This document shows positions 12,521 through 24,789 of a DNA stretch of 64,000 bases, one piece after another. The stretch is from Octopus vulgaris (taxonomy: Eukaryota): contig OX597831.1 in assembly GCA_951406725.2 (NCBI GenBank), forward strand, positions 31,062,001 to 31,126,000, given 5' to 3'. The position numbers and the translations under genes were made by a program. The notes below the pieces were generated by a model. That model did no database searches and was not told where the DNA came from. It saw only the letters and a program-made list of their open reading frames with translations. The stretch's first letter is position 1; every line of letters begins with the position of its first letter.

Positions 12521-12597
<77 letters not shown>

Positions 12598-12996
12598 TTT
12601 CACTCCCTTCAGAACGCACGCGTGTATTTGCAATTATACTCAGATGTGAATGAAATTATAACACAAGTACTTGCTGAGTAGTAATGAGAGTATCACTAAG
12701 TAGATGCACAAATAGGCATGGAAATTCTTAGAAAACTTTACAGGAAGAATAACCTACAGAACATGTGTGTGTGTGCGTGCGCGCATGCGCGCGTTTCCAT
12801 GTTAAATAACATAATCGGTGAGTTGAGTGAAAATAGTTCGTGAGATTTGGTGCAATCACGGTTGCTCTCCATTTCGCCTGGTTAACTTCATCCCCTTCCG
12901 ACGTTGATGCAATATCTACCAACACTCAGACAATGTTGTGAGAGTTTTCTCATATTCCAATTGCTTTTGTGTCCAAACGGCCGACCACTATATCTA

Positions 12997-13158
<162 letters not shown>

Positions 13159-13301
13159 TATGTATGTACAAAATATATATAATATAATATATATACTATA
13201 TATATGTGTATATGATGTGTATGTATAATATATATATATATATATATATACATATATATACATATATATATATATACATATATATATATACATATATATA
13301 T

Positions 13302-13357
<56 letters not shown>

Positions 13358-13477
13358 GAGAGGGGGAGGGAGAAAGAGACACACACACATACAGGCTCAC
13401 ACACATACAGGCTCACACACACACACACACATTTATGTAGTACATATATATATGCATATTGCGTACATATATACATT

Positions 13478-13692
13478 GGCTTCAAATTTTGGCACATAGC
13501 TAGAAATTCCAGGGGAGGATGTTAAGTCGATTACATCGACCCAGTGTTCAACTGACAGTTTTATTTTATTTACTGCGATTGGATGAAAGGCAAAGTCGAC
13601 CCCAGCGCCATTTGAACTCAGAACGCGAAGCCGAAAGAAAATGCCGCTAAGCATTTTCCCCAGCGCGGTAAATATCCTGCCAGCCCCTTAAT
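13478..13692 (-). mobile_element. SINE A
   Basis: Family A body. Confidence 0.8.
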
Positions 13693-13731
13693 ACATACAG
13701 TCATACATACATACATACATACATACATACA

Positions 13732-13787
<56 letters not shown>

Positions 13788-13914
13788 CTCTTTTACTTGT
13801 TTCAGTCAGACTGCGGACATGCTGGAGCACCGCCTTTAGTCGAGCAAATCGACCCTGGGACTTCTTTGTAAGCCTAGTACTTATTCTATCGGACTCTTTT
13901 GCCGAGCCGCTTAG

Positions 13915-14485
13915 GAGAAAAGAAGTATACATAATATATGACACTATAAAAAGAGGGAAAAAAAGGATCGTGATGGGGGATCTCCCCCTGATTCAGGAGG
14001 ACCTCTGGAGATAATCACGGAACCCCACCATCCAAGATCACCCTGAGTACCAAGGACGAGAACACACTCCAACTTCTTTCTTCCGACTCACAAGTCTACA
14101 CTGAGAGTGGTACAATCCACTCTTGCCATTTTTGCTACTTTCACCCACCATCTCATAAATTCACTCGAGGACAGCACCTCCCACTCCACCCTCACTTTCC
14201 TTTTCAAGTGAAACTTGAAAAAGTCGATAAGGAGCCGACCATCGCCACTTCGGAAACGTCCGACACCATGACGGTGACGTCGTCCGTGTATGCAGACACT
14301 ACCCTCCCGAATCCAATTTCGAAAGGGAGGCCTCTTAATTGTTACAACTGCAGCAGTGGCTCGAGAGCCAGCACATACAGAAGAGATTGCAGCAGGCAGC
14401 CCTGACGGATTGAACGTGTGACACTAAATGGTTCCGATAGGCGGCCATTTACTTTGACCACTGAGCAAGTGCCGCTGTGCATTGC
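13915..14485 (-). mobile_element. Tx1/L1-like LINE ORF2 relic (RT core joined to C-terminus and 3' UTR by deletion), abutting a truncated SINE B (13786-13912)
   Basis: FSVTRSIRQGCLLQSLLYVLALEPLLQ and VSAYTDDVTVMVSD (RT motifs QG.PLSP.L and YADD), then LKRKVRVEWEVLSSSEFMRWW. Confidence 0.8.
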
Positions 14486-15088
14486 AGCAATCCAGCCTCT
14501 GAAAACAGGTCTGATCTAAAAAAAAAATTTTTTTAATGTCTAATATTGGGGCATATAATCCCTCATGCTCATACACACGCACGTAATCAGATTGTAAACA
14601 TTCAGAAAAGAATCCCACACGCCATTTTGTCCGACACACTAATGCAAAGTAAAAATATATTGGTAGTAAAATATAAAATAATAACTTGAAATTTTCAAGT
14701 ATGCACAGAAGTATAAACCCATAAAACTTGTGTAAATATAAAATTCCTATTAAAATAGTGGTCTCTAGTTAAAAACAAAATTAAACCTCAATAGATGCTA
14801 TGAGGTTGGGAAGAGGAAATTGTAGAATATTGAAATATCGTTAGATTTTATGAGCAGATAGTTTTTAAAAAATGATATTTAAATTACAATGTATAATAAA
14901 TTGAATAAAATGATATTAAGTAAATCGGTTTAGGAGAGGATGGATGTAATACAGAAAGTATCTATAATTTGAAAAATGGATGAAAATTGAACAAGAGATA
15001 AAATAAAGGAAAAAAATAAAAAACTAAGAATACTATGTGTATGCGTATATATATGTACATCAGGTTAATAAATATAATGGAAAACGTG

Positions 15089-16312
15089 AAGATGGTGAGC
15101 TAGTAGAATAGTTAATGCGTTGAGCAAAATGCTTAGTAGTATTTCTTTTGGCGCTTACCTTCTGAGCTGAAGTTCCGCCGTCATCGACTTTGTCTTTCAT
15201 CCCTTCTGGGTCGATAAATTTATAGAACCAGTACAGGAGTGTGGTCTATGTAATCGACTTCTCCCTCCCTCAAAATTTGTGCCCATTGTAGAAAGAAGAA
15301 AAATACGAGAAAACTGAAGAAAGGAAGAAAGAAGGTTGTTAAACGTGAGTTGAAACACTCAAAAATTAACTGGTAAATTTAAATGATTTCAAATTTTGGC
15401 ACAAAGCCAGGAAATTTAGGAAAGGGATTAATCGATTACATCGACCCTAGTGCTCTTATTTTAACAACCCTGAAAGATGAAAGACAAAGTTGACCTCCGT
15501 AAAATTTGAACGCAGAATATAAAGACGGACGATATGCCTCTAAGCATTTTGACTTGTGTGGTAACGACTCTGCCAGCTCGCCATCTTGTAATTCTTTCAA
15601 ATAATAGCAAAAGGACAGGAATCTTAGGAGTGGGTAATCGATTACATCGACCTCAATGCTCAGCTGATTCTTACTTTATCGATCCTGAATCAGATATTCT
15701 GTGACTTTTTCAGTGTCGATAAAGTAAGCAGACTTGTCGACCATACCCGAGACCTCATCAGACCCTTCTGTCAGTAGTAGCGTCGGAAGGTGTGTAAAGA
15801 GCAGAGCCGTGATCGACGTGGGCTGATCACCGTGCCTACCGGGTTTGGTACTAGGCCCTGATCTCTGTCACAAGAGGTGGTTCAGAAGTTTCCCAATCTT
15901 CTTGAGCCGGAGGAGACGCGCCCGCTGATACCTCCAATATATCCCCGGACATCTAAGAGCATCACAGATCTATTATCGTTCCACCTCGTGTGTGCTCCTC
16001 GTGTGGATTTCTGTTGTCCGTCCCGTCTAAGAAGCGCTGTGTTCGCCAACCAACTGGTCCGGATCAAATTTATCGAACCTGAAAGAGATGAAAGAGGCAA
16101 AGTCGACCTCAGCGGAATTTGAACTGAGGACGTAAGATTGGAAGAAATACCGCTGAGCATTTTTGTCCAGAGTGTTAATGATTCTACCAGCGTGCGGACG
16201 TAATATGACACGGTATTAAGGCAGCGAGATGGCAGAATCCTTACCACGTCGGATGGAATTCTTAGCGGCATTTCATCTGTCTTTACGTTCTGAGTTCAAA
16301 TTCCGCCAGCAA

Positions 16313-16370
<58 letters not shown>

Positions 16371-16427
16371 CTAGTAGTAGTTGTAGTGCTAGTAGTTGTA
16401 GTGCTAGTAGTAGTAGTAGCTGTTGTA

Positions 16428-16496
<69 letters not shown>

Positions 16497-16547
16497 ATAG
16501 TAGTAGTAGTAGCTGTTGTAGCAGCAGCAGCAGTAGTGGTAGTAGTG

Positions 16548-16593
<46 letters not shown>

Positions 16594-16800
16594 CAGCAGC
16601 AGCAGCAGCAGCAGCAGTAACAGCAGCAGTAGTAGTAGTAGTAGTAGTAGTCAATTGCTGCCGAGGTCGGCTTTAACTTTCATCCCTTCCGGGATAGATA
16701 TAAAATAAGTACCAGTCGAACACTGGAATCAATCTAATCGACATACGCCCCGCCACCGCCCCGAAATTGCTGGACTTGTGCCAAAATCTGAAATCAATAT
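15089..16800. mobile_element. Cluster of four SINE A copies in both orientations (15089-15300 +, 15385-15590 -, 15595-16195 -, 16217-16800 +)
   Basis: Family A motifs; third copy interrupted by a GC-rich insert at about 15690-16065, fourth by an (AGT/AGC)n tract at 16310-16650. Confidence 0.75.
15724..16062 (-). mobile_element. GC-rich LINE-like 3' fragment (RTE-like) inserted in SINE A
   Basis: GC shift; GPVGWR..TRWND..DWE..DR resembles RTE C-terminus; weak. Confidence 0.4.
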
Positions 16801-17190
16801 AACACGGTATTAGAACATGTTAAAGACACATATAACTCCATATTTTACTTCTCTTTTGCTCTCATTCGTTTTATAAATAATCCATGCCTTCAATATTTTG
16901 CTCATCATCTTTTTCGGCGACTTACTTAATTTAATCTCATTCAATTTTATTATGTATCATAATTTAGATATTGTTACTTATTGATTTACTCATAAAATCT
17001 AATATCATCCAAATTTGTCACTACTTCTTTTTCAAATTTTTCAAGAAATTATTACTGTCTCATTTCGTATCTGAACAGAGCCTACGATTTAATACAACAT
17101 TTTAGAATAGGTTATATGGTTATATTTCGATAAAAAAAAATTTTAATTTTAAGCTATTAATTTCGTTGCCTATATTTTCACTATATATAT

Positions 17191-17238
<48 letters not shown>

Positions 17239-17535
17239 TCTATCACCGCAATTAATATATTTATGTTTTATCTTTTATTTGTTTTAGTCATTAGACTGTG
17301 ACCATGCTGCAGCACTGCCTTAAAGAATATTTTGCCCAAGAATCGATACTAGTACTTATATTTTATGCTTGGTGATTATTCTCTCGTTTCATATGCAGAG
17401 CCGCTAAGTTACAGGAAACGAAACAAACCAACACCGGTTATCAAGTGGCGTAGCGAGGGACAAGCGCAGACACAAATACAGTTTCACACTTGCACGCATA
17501 CATACACATGCACATAACGCATATATTATGTATGG

Positions 17536-17781
17536 TGGAGGCACGTGGCTTAATGGTTGGAGTGTCCGCATCATGATCGTAAGATTGTGGTTTCGATTCC
17601 TGGACCGGGCGACGCGTTGTGTTCTTGAACAAAACACTTCATTTCACGTTGCTCCAGTTCACTCGGCTAGCAAAAATGAGTAACACTACGATGGACTGGC
17701 GTCCCGTCCAGCTGGGGAACACATACGCCATAGAAACCGGAAAACCGGGCCCATTAGCCTGGCTAGGCTTCAAAAGGGCGC

Positions 17782-17785
<4 letters not shown>
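17536..17785 (+). mobile_element. SINE family D (GGCACGTGGCTTAATGGTT head, GTGTCCTTGAGCAAGACACTT-type domain), ending in (ATT)n
   Basis: tRNA A/B-box-like head; head shared with 27838 and 55528 copies. Confidence 0.75.
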
Positions 17786-17853
<68 letters not shown>

Positions 17854-17954
17854 GTTAATCCAAACATGAAAACACGAAGAGAAAACACAACAGCGCGAGG
17901 ACGTGGAACAAATATAGTATTATTGGACGCTCAGGAAGGAAGGGAAGAAGGAGG

Positions 17955-17989
17955 GTTTAACGTTTCGAGCGGAGCTCTTCGTCAGAAAC
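17955..17989 (-). ncRNA. Minimal type I hammerhead ribozyme motif in a Penelope-like terminal-repeat fragment (about 17855-18070)
   Basis: GUUU CUGACGA A GAGC UCC GCUC GAAA CG UU AAAC: intact CUGANGA and GAAA boxes, stems I and II pair, palindromic AACGUU stem III. Confidence 0.7.
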
Positions 17990-18066
17990 ATAGGAAAAGG
18001 AAAGATCCAGAGAAGGGAAGACGGAGGGAAAATAATCGCCAACGGTACACAGGCGGTCACATTTTG

Positions 18067-18100
<34 letters not shown>

Positions 18101-18835
18101 CAGGCCTCGACACAGTCTCCATCAATCAAATTCTCTTAGAATCATTGCTCGTTTCGAGGTTATGATAAAATATGCATTTCCAAAGTTTCGTGCCTTGAAA
18201 TTGGAGCCTGAAACCACGTAGTTGCAGATCGAACTTTTTAACCACACAGCCACGCCGGTGCCTATACATATGAATTTTAGGGAAATTTCTTTCTAAACAT
18301 AACGTTCACAATTTCCAACTCACCCAGCATCGATCTCTTTATTCCTTCTTTCTGAAGCCGTAGCCTTTTCCTCTCTTTCAACCTTTCAACTATGTCTTTC
18401 TACTCACTGGCTTTCTTTCATTGACAGAGAGAAGCCACATGCAAAAATATCAATTCTTCCTATTATTCCATTTAACCCATTCTCCATTGTTTTCTCCCGT
18501 TTCGTTCACTCTGAAACCTTACCTTGGAAGTTATAGTTGCGTAACCGTACATGCTATCATATTTTGCATTCGTTTGATGAGCACGAATGACCGAAACCAA
18601 CTGCAACTTGTCAGGCAGCTGCCTTTGCTCTCCACCTCTCACTCCTTCTCTCTCTCCCCTTCTCTCTGTCTGTCCGTCTTTCCCTCACTCTCTGTCTCCG
18701 TTTCTCCCCTCCTCTCCTTCTCTATATATATGTTTTTTTTTTGTTTCTGTGGGAGAGTGTGTTTATATGTCCGTTGGTATGAAAAGAACATATATAACAT
18801 AGACATACAGACAAGCCAGGAGATACGCGCGCATG

Positions 18836-18890
<55 letters not shown>

Positions 18891-18950
18891 TACATATATA
18901 TATATATATTACATATATATGTATATATATATATATATGTGTATGTATGT

Positions 18951-18987
<37 letters not shown>

Positions 18988-19137
18988 TTCTTTAATTCTT
19001 TTGTTTCAGTCATTTGACTGCAGCCAGGCTGGAGCACCGCTTTTAGTGGAACAAATCGTGCCCGCGACTTATTTACTAAGCCTAGTAAATATTCAATCGG
19101 TTTGGGTGGGGGGACACAAACAGAGACACACAAACAT

Positions 19138-19202
<65 letters not shown>

Positions 19203-19404
19203 TATATTATATTATATTATATTATATTATATTATATATTGGTAAAAATAGTAAGATAACAAAAGAATGAAGGAGACTTCAATATTATGTAAATAGAGGA
19301 ATTTATCTGTAAAATTGGGCTCTCTGTCACTTTAGTGATTATACTTGTTGCCTCTCAGCTGTAAATGTTAAATAGCCACCTTAATAATTTATATATATAT
19401 ATAT

Positions 19405-19439
<35 letters not shown>

Positions 19440-19837
19440 GGCGCAGGCGTGGCTGTGTGATAAGAAGCTTGCTTCCCAACCACATGGTTCCGGGTTCAGG
19501 CACTTGCCCAGGATGCGTGGCATCCTGGGCAAGTGTCTTCTACTATAGACTCGGGCCGACCAAAGCTTTGTGAGTGGATTTGTTAGACGGAAACTGAGAG
19601 AAGCTTGGCTACCGAGTAATTGTCACATATTTTTACAGATATATTATACTATATTATATATATATAACTCCAAGAAAGTTAGTGGTTGTGGGTCCAACCC
19701 ACTAAGGGATAATATCTATCCAATATACTGTTGGTATAATACCCAATTATTAATACACAAGTGTTTTTAATTGCATTGCAATTAACTTACTTATTGTATG
19801 AAATGGGTAAAAGTAAAGAGATATTTTACCATTAATT

Positions 19838-20164
19838 TATATTACAAATAAAAAAAAATGGAGAAGCACAATGGTTGGTTCATCAACTTTAGGACATTAA
19901 AATGTTAACTTATTTATCAAAATGACAATCATAATAGCATACGTACATATTGTATATTATTCTATGGATATAAGATAAGAATACAAGCAATTATTAAAAA
20001 ACATATGTTTTTTAATAATTGCTTGTATTCTTATTTTATATGCATAGAATAATATACAATATGTACGTATGCTATTATGATTGTCATTTTGATAAATAAG
20101 TTAACATTTTAATGTCCTAAAGTTGGTGAACCATCTATTGTGCTTCTCCATTTTCTTATTTGTA

Positions 20165-20168
<4 letters not shown>
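19838..20168. repeat. About 330-bp near-perfect palindrome with no spacer, centred on ACATATGT (20001-20008)
   Basis: About 165-bp arms with a handful of mismatches; (TA)n follows; third copy of part of the right arm at 20641-20724. Confidence 0.92.
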
Positions 20169-20197
<29 letters not shown>

Positions 20198-20226
20198 TAT
20201 ATTATATTATATCATATTATATTATA

Positions 20227-20266
<40 letters not shown>

Positions 20267-20268
<2 letters not shown>

Positions 20269-20521
20269 AATTAAGGACTGAACACGAAAAGGTGGACAGT
20301 CAACATGCTAGATATAGACGTCAAATCGCCATTCTCCATAGCTGAAACTGCAGTACGTAGGTAATTATTCCATTTAGTATATTTCTTTTGTCTCACCCAT
20401 TGCTTTAGGTCGAGCTGAATTTTATTTTTATTTGAGAACAAAATCTTTGTGGAGAATGGCGATTTGACGTCTATATCTAGCATGTTGACTGTCCACCTTT
20501 TCGTGTTCAGTCCTTAATTGG
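20267..20521. repeat. Perfect 72-bp inverted repeat with 111-bp spacer, abutting (TA)n
   Basis: 20267-20338 is the exact reverse complement of 20450-20521. Confidence 0.95.
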
Positions 20522-20605
20522 TATATATAAATATTTTAATCTTCGGATTCTTTTTAATGTGCTAGACCACTGGTTTTAATTGACTAATATCAATTTCTAC
20601 CCTTA

Positions 20606-20645
<40 letters not shown>

Positions 20646-20884
20646 TATTATGATTGTCATTTTGATAAATAAGTTAACATTTTAATGTCCTAAAGTTGGT
20701 GAACCATCTATTGTGCTTCTCCATTACGACGGGCTTCTCTCAGTTTCCGCCTACCAAATCCACTCACAAAGCTTTGGTCGGCCCGGGTCTATAGTAGAAG
20801 ACACTTGCCCAGGATGCCACGCTGTGGAACTGAACCCGGAACCATGTGGTTGGGAAGCAAGCTTCTTATCACACAGCCACGCCT

Positions 20885-20966
<82 letters not shown>

Positions 20967-21111
20967 CAATTATTAAGGTGGCTAGTTAACACTTACAACT
21001 GAGAGGCAACAAGTATAGTCACTAAAGTGACGGAGAGCCCAGGTGAGCACTAGCATTGCTAGAAATAAGAACCAAAATAAAACAAGCTCCCTCCCTACGA
21101 TAAGCTTGATG

Positions 21112-21161
21112 GAGCCGTAGCAGCGTTGGTTTCAGATTTCATTAATCTTCATCAGTGACCC
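21112..21161 (-). ncRNA. Degenerate type I hammerhead ribozyme
   Basis: GGGUCA CUGAUGA AGAUU AAUGA AAUCU GAAA CCAACGCUGC UA CGGCUC: core intact, stems I and III partly mismatched. Confidence 0.6.
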
Positions 21162-21454
21162 ATTACTCAGTCGCCGAGGGTTAAAGAAGTTAACTCACCC
21201 AGTCAGCCTTATATCGAACATCACAGGAAACATTGAGAGATTCCGAAAATGGCGGAGTGAGAATTATAAATTATTCATGGAAATATTCACAATTTACAAC
21301 CGAAAAGTAACAAGTATAGTCCTTACTAAGTAACAAGCATAGTGCTTACTAAGCATTGCAAGAAATAAGAGTCAATAGACACCATAGACACGTGATATCA
21401 CTTTTCTAACGACTGACAACAAAGATAAGCTCTCTCACTACGACAAGCGAGATG

Positions 21455-21504
21455 GAGTCATATCAGCGCTGATTTCAGATTTGATTAATCTTCATCAGTG
21501 ACTC
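21455..21504 (-). ncRNA. Intact type I hammerhead ribozyme, predicted cleavage after AUA (between 21461 and 21460)
   Basis: GAGUCA CUGAUGA AGAUU AAUCA AAUCU GAAA UCAGCGCUGA UA UGACUC: 6-bp Watson-Crick stem I, 5-bp stem II, self-complementary stem III, full catalytic core. Confidence 0.88.
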
Positions 21505-21578
21505 ACTCACATGCATTTTGGTTTTGTCAGCGTGCATATTCATTCACTGTATTTAAACAAATTCTTAGAAGATATATA

Positions 21579-21617
<39 letters not shown>

Positions 21618-21647
21618 ACATGTGTGTATGTTAATATTTCATATATA

Positions 21648-21704
<57 letters not shown>

Positions 21705-21950
21705 TATATATATTATATGTATATAAGAAAGTGGAGAGGATACAAAATGCCATATTAATCAAGGGTAATCTATTTTTTTATCCTCGCATGCCATTATATA
21801 ACACTCAATTGCAAGATTGCCACGCAAAAACTAGCACTTGAGTATGAAAAATTGGGTACCCTACCATCAGTATATTGGTTAGGTACTATCCCTTAGTTGG
21901 TTTCTCAACCTCTAACTCACACAGAAATATATATATATATATATATATAT

Positions 21951-22062
21951 CCGTTACCGTGACCGACCAGGCTATCAGATGTTGCTACACGTCACTGGTC
22001 ACAATGCGCTTCGCATTGTTTTAGCCTTCAAATGACGCCACCCCGCTGGCTAAGCGGGCAGG

Positions 22063-22066
<4 letters not shown>
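21951..22066. repeat. GC-rich structured 115-bp insert between two (TA)n tracts
   Basis: Hairpins ACAATGCG/CGCATTGT, GACCAG/CTGGTC, CCCGCT/AGCGGG. Confidence 0.5.
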
Positions 22067-22120
<54 letters not shown>

Positions 22121-22121
22121 A

Positions 22122-22180
<59 letters not shown>

Positions 22181-22288
22181 GGTAAGATTAATTAATTAAT
22201 TAATCAATTAATTAATTGATTAATAATTAATAATTCTACCAAGTAGTCAGTACGTTAAATTAAAATTTTTAGGTGAATTATACAAAAT

Positions 22289-22440
22289 ATTCTATAATTA
22301 TGTACATAATTATAATCAGGGGTCAGCTAATTGCTTCACCACGTACTGAAATAAGAAATAGACGCTAATGTCATTTTCAACTACCATAAGTATCTCCGAG
22401 ACTGTCCCTGATTATGATTATGTATATATAATTATAGAAT
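22289..22440. repeat. Imperfect 33-35 bp inverted repeat with about 85-bp spacer in a (TA)n-flanked insert
   Basis: ATTCTATAATTATGTACATAATTATAATCAGGG vs CCCTGATTATGATTATGTATATATAATTATAGAAT. Confidence 0.75.
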
Positions 22441-22556
22441 GTTATGTACACACACACACACACACACACACACACTCGGAGTTTTATCATGGCTACCGAA
22501 TAATTGTCACCTATTACATTTACATATATATATATATATATATATGCATATATATG

Positions 22557-22654
<98 letters not shown>

Positions 22655-22674
22655 CGTATATACATACACTATGC

Positions 22675-22825
22675 TCAAAATGAAGAGTAGATAGGCAGCC
22701 GACAACTGATGAAGGGTCGTTCATTATGTTACTTGTCCTGTTTTCCATTTGTTTCTCTCGTTGTTTGCGTATTGAACTCATTTGTTTTCGTATTTCATGT
22801 TGTTTGTGACGTCCTGTACCCATAT
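22675..22825 (+). repeat. Dispersed repeat shared with about 35868-36045 (CAGCC.ACAACTGATGAAGGGTCGT..TTTTCCATTTGT..GTGACGTCCTGT.CCCA.ATATG)
   Basis: Two copies, both ending in TA-rich microsatellite; likely retroelement terminus. Confidence 0.6.
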
Positions 22826-22910
22826 ATGTATATGTGTGTGTATGCATGTTTATATATATATATATATATATATACATTATTTACATATACATACATACAT
22901 ATATATAGAT

Positions 22911-22962
<52 letters not shown>

Positions 22963-23822
22963 TCTACAAACAAATGTGGGCGTAAAGAAAATATCCACAT
23001 ATATAACACAAATATATTTATATACAACATATCTCACTGTGCGCGTCATGTAAGATCGACGTTCGTCGCTTTTGCGGTTTCTTTCCTCCCAAATGCTGCT
23101 GTATTGATTATAGTCACTGGTTGTTCCGTGTATCGATTGTTAATTAAAGGCCTTCCTGATGATGTAATCATCCTGGCGGACTGTCGATAATTAACCCCTT
23201 CACTCCTTTTTACAATTCAATAATAACGATCCGCACTCAAATTATATATCTGATTTTATTATACCCAACCTTGCTTAATGAACGCTTCAGTACACGCATA
23301 GACACACAGAGGTTACATATACGGAAACACAGGCAAGCACACCCACACACAAACACACACACACACAAACACGCACACACATGCATACACATAAGCACAT
23401 GCACTAACACGCATGCGCACGCGCACGATCATAGGCGTCAAGTGTCCGTATATATAAATACTAGCTTGTATACGTGTACTGTGTCTGTCTGTCTCTGTCT
23501 CTCCCTTTCTCTCTCTATATATATACATACAAACGCATATATATATATATACATACATATATATATATATTTGTACATATATATATATAAACAGATATAC
23601 ATGTATATATGTGCATGTATATACCTATAAATACATATATGCACAGATGTATATATGTATGTATATATATATATATATATATGTGTGTGTTGGTGTGTGT
23701 GTGTTTGTGTGTGTGTGTGTTTGCGCGTGTGTGTGTGTGTGTGTGTATGAACGTATGTATGCTTGTATATATATATGTGGGGATGCACGAATAAATATAT
23801 ATATACATATATATATATACAT

Positions 23823-23914
<92 letters not shown>

Positions 23915-24220
23915 TGGTGGGTGTACACATACATAGACATTTGATACACATAGACTCAAGCATACATATTTACATAAATACATTCATACTGTTGACTTGC
24001 AGCGGTATTGTATTAATGCTGAATATATACATGTGTAGCACAAATTACCAGTTTTTCTTTCATTACTTCCCTGCTGTGATTTTATTTTCATCAACTGCAG
24101 GTAAACCTGATACTTCTTGGATATTGGGAATACAGGCGCACAGGTACACACACCACAAAGACTCACACACACATGCATACATATAAACTTACATACACAC
24201 ACATACATACACACATATAA

Positions 24221-24277
<57 letters not shown>

Positions 24278-24457
24278 TGCACATATGTATATATATACGT
24301 ATGCATATACACACACATGCGAAAGTTATATAAGATTGCTCACGCGTACATGTTCATAGACAAACAGAAAGCAGTTTCTACGCATACATATATGTATGCA
24401 TATAGACATATATCTATGTATAAATGTCCATATATGTATGTGTGTGCGTATATGTAA

Positions 24458-24492
<35 letters not shown>

Positions 24493-24494
24493 AG

Positions 24495-24526
<32 letters not shown>

Positions 24527-24549
24527 CATATACATATATATATATATAT

Positions 24550-24595
<46 letters not shown>

Positions 24596-24730
24596 GCATG
24601 CATGCACACACCCATATATACATAGTCTTCTGAATGCATCAGAGTAAACTACTGTTTAAGTAATGCACGAATGCTCTCTCTCTCTCCTCTCTTCTCTTTC
24701 TCTCTCCCTCTTTCCCTCTCTCCCTCTTTC

Positions 24731-24789
<59 letters not shown>

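Larger units (their letters stand above)
17270..18265 (-). mobile_element. SINE B split in its internal microsatellite by SINE D and a Penelope-like fragment
   Basis: 3' half 17270-17520, 5' half 18098-18265. Confidence 0.65.
18995..20889 (-). mobile_element. SINE B split by about 1.6 kb of fold-back inserts (3' half 18995-19140, 5' half 20726-20889)
   Basis: Halves colinear; an inverted copy of the same 5' half lies at 19439-19603. Confidence 0.7.
20968..21504 (-). mobile_element. Diverged tandem repeat (343-bp spacing) with a hammerhead motif in each unit: retrozyme / Penelope-like non-autonomous element
   Basis: Shared blocks TTACAAC..AACAAGTATAGTC..AGCATTGC.AGAAATAAGA..AAGCTC.CTC.CTACGA.AAGC..GATGGAG and TTTCAGATTT.ATTAATCTTCATCAGTGAC occur twice. 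Confidence 0.7.

Noticed and set aside
15726-15767. Minus-strand CUGAUGA GGUC..GGUC GACA AGUC as hammerhead
   Set aside because: GAAA box altered and stems weak; at best a decayed motif.
22700-22735. CTGATGAAGGG in repeat shared with 35900-35920 as hammerhead
   Set aside because: No GAAA after a stem II and no consistent stems I/III in either copy.
23155-23185. CTGATGA motif (also 29661 and CTGAAGA near 10940)
   Set aside because: No downstream GAAA or pairing stems.
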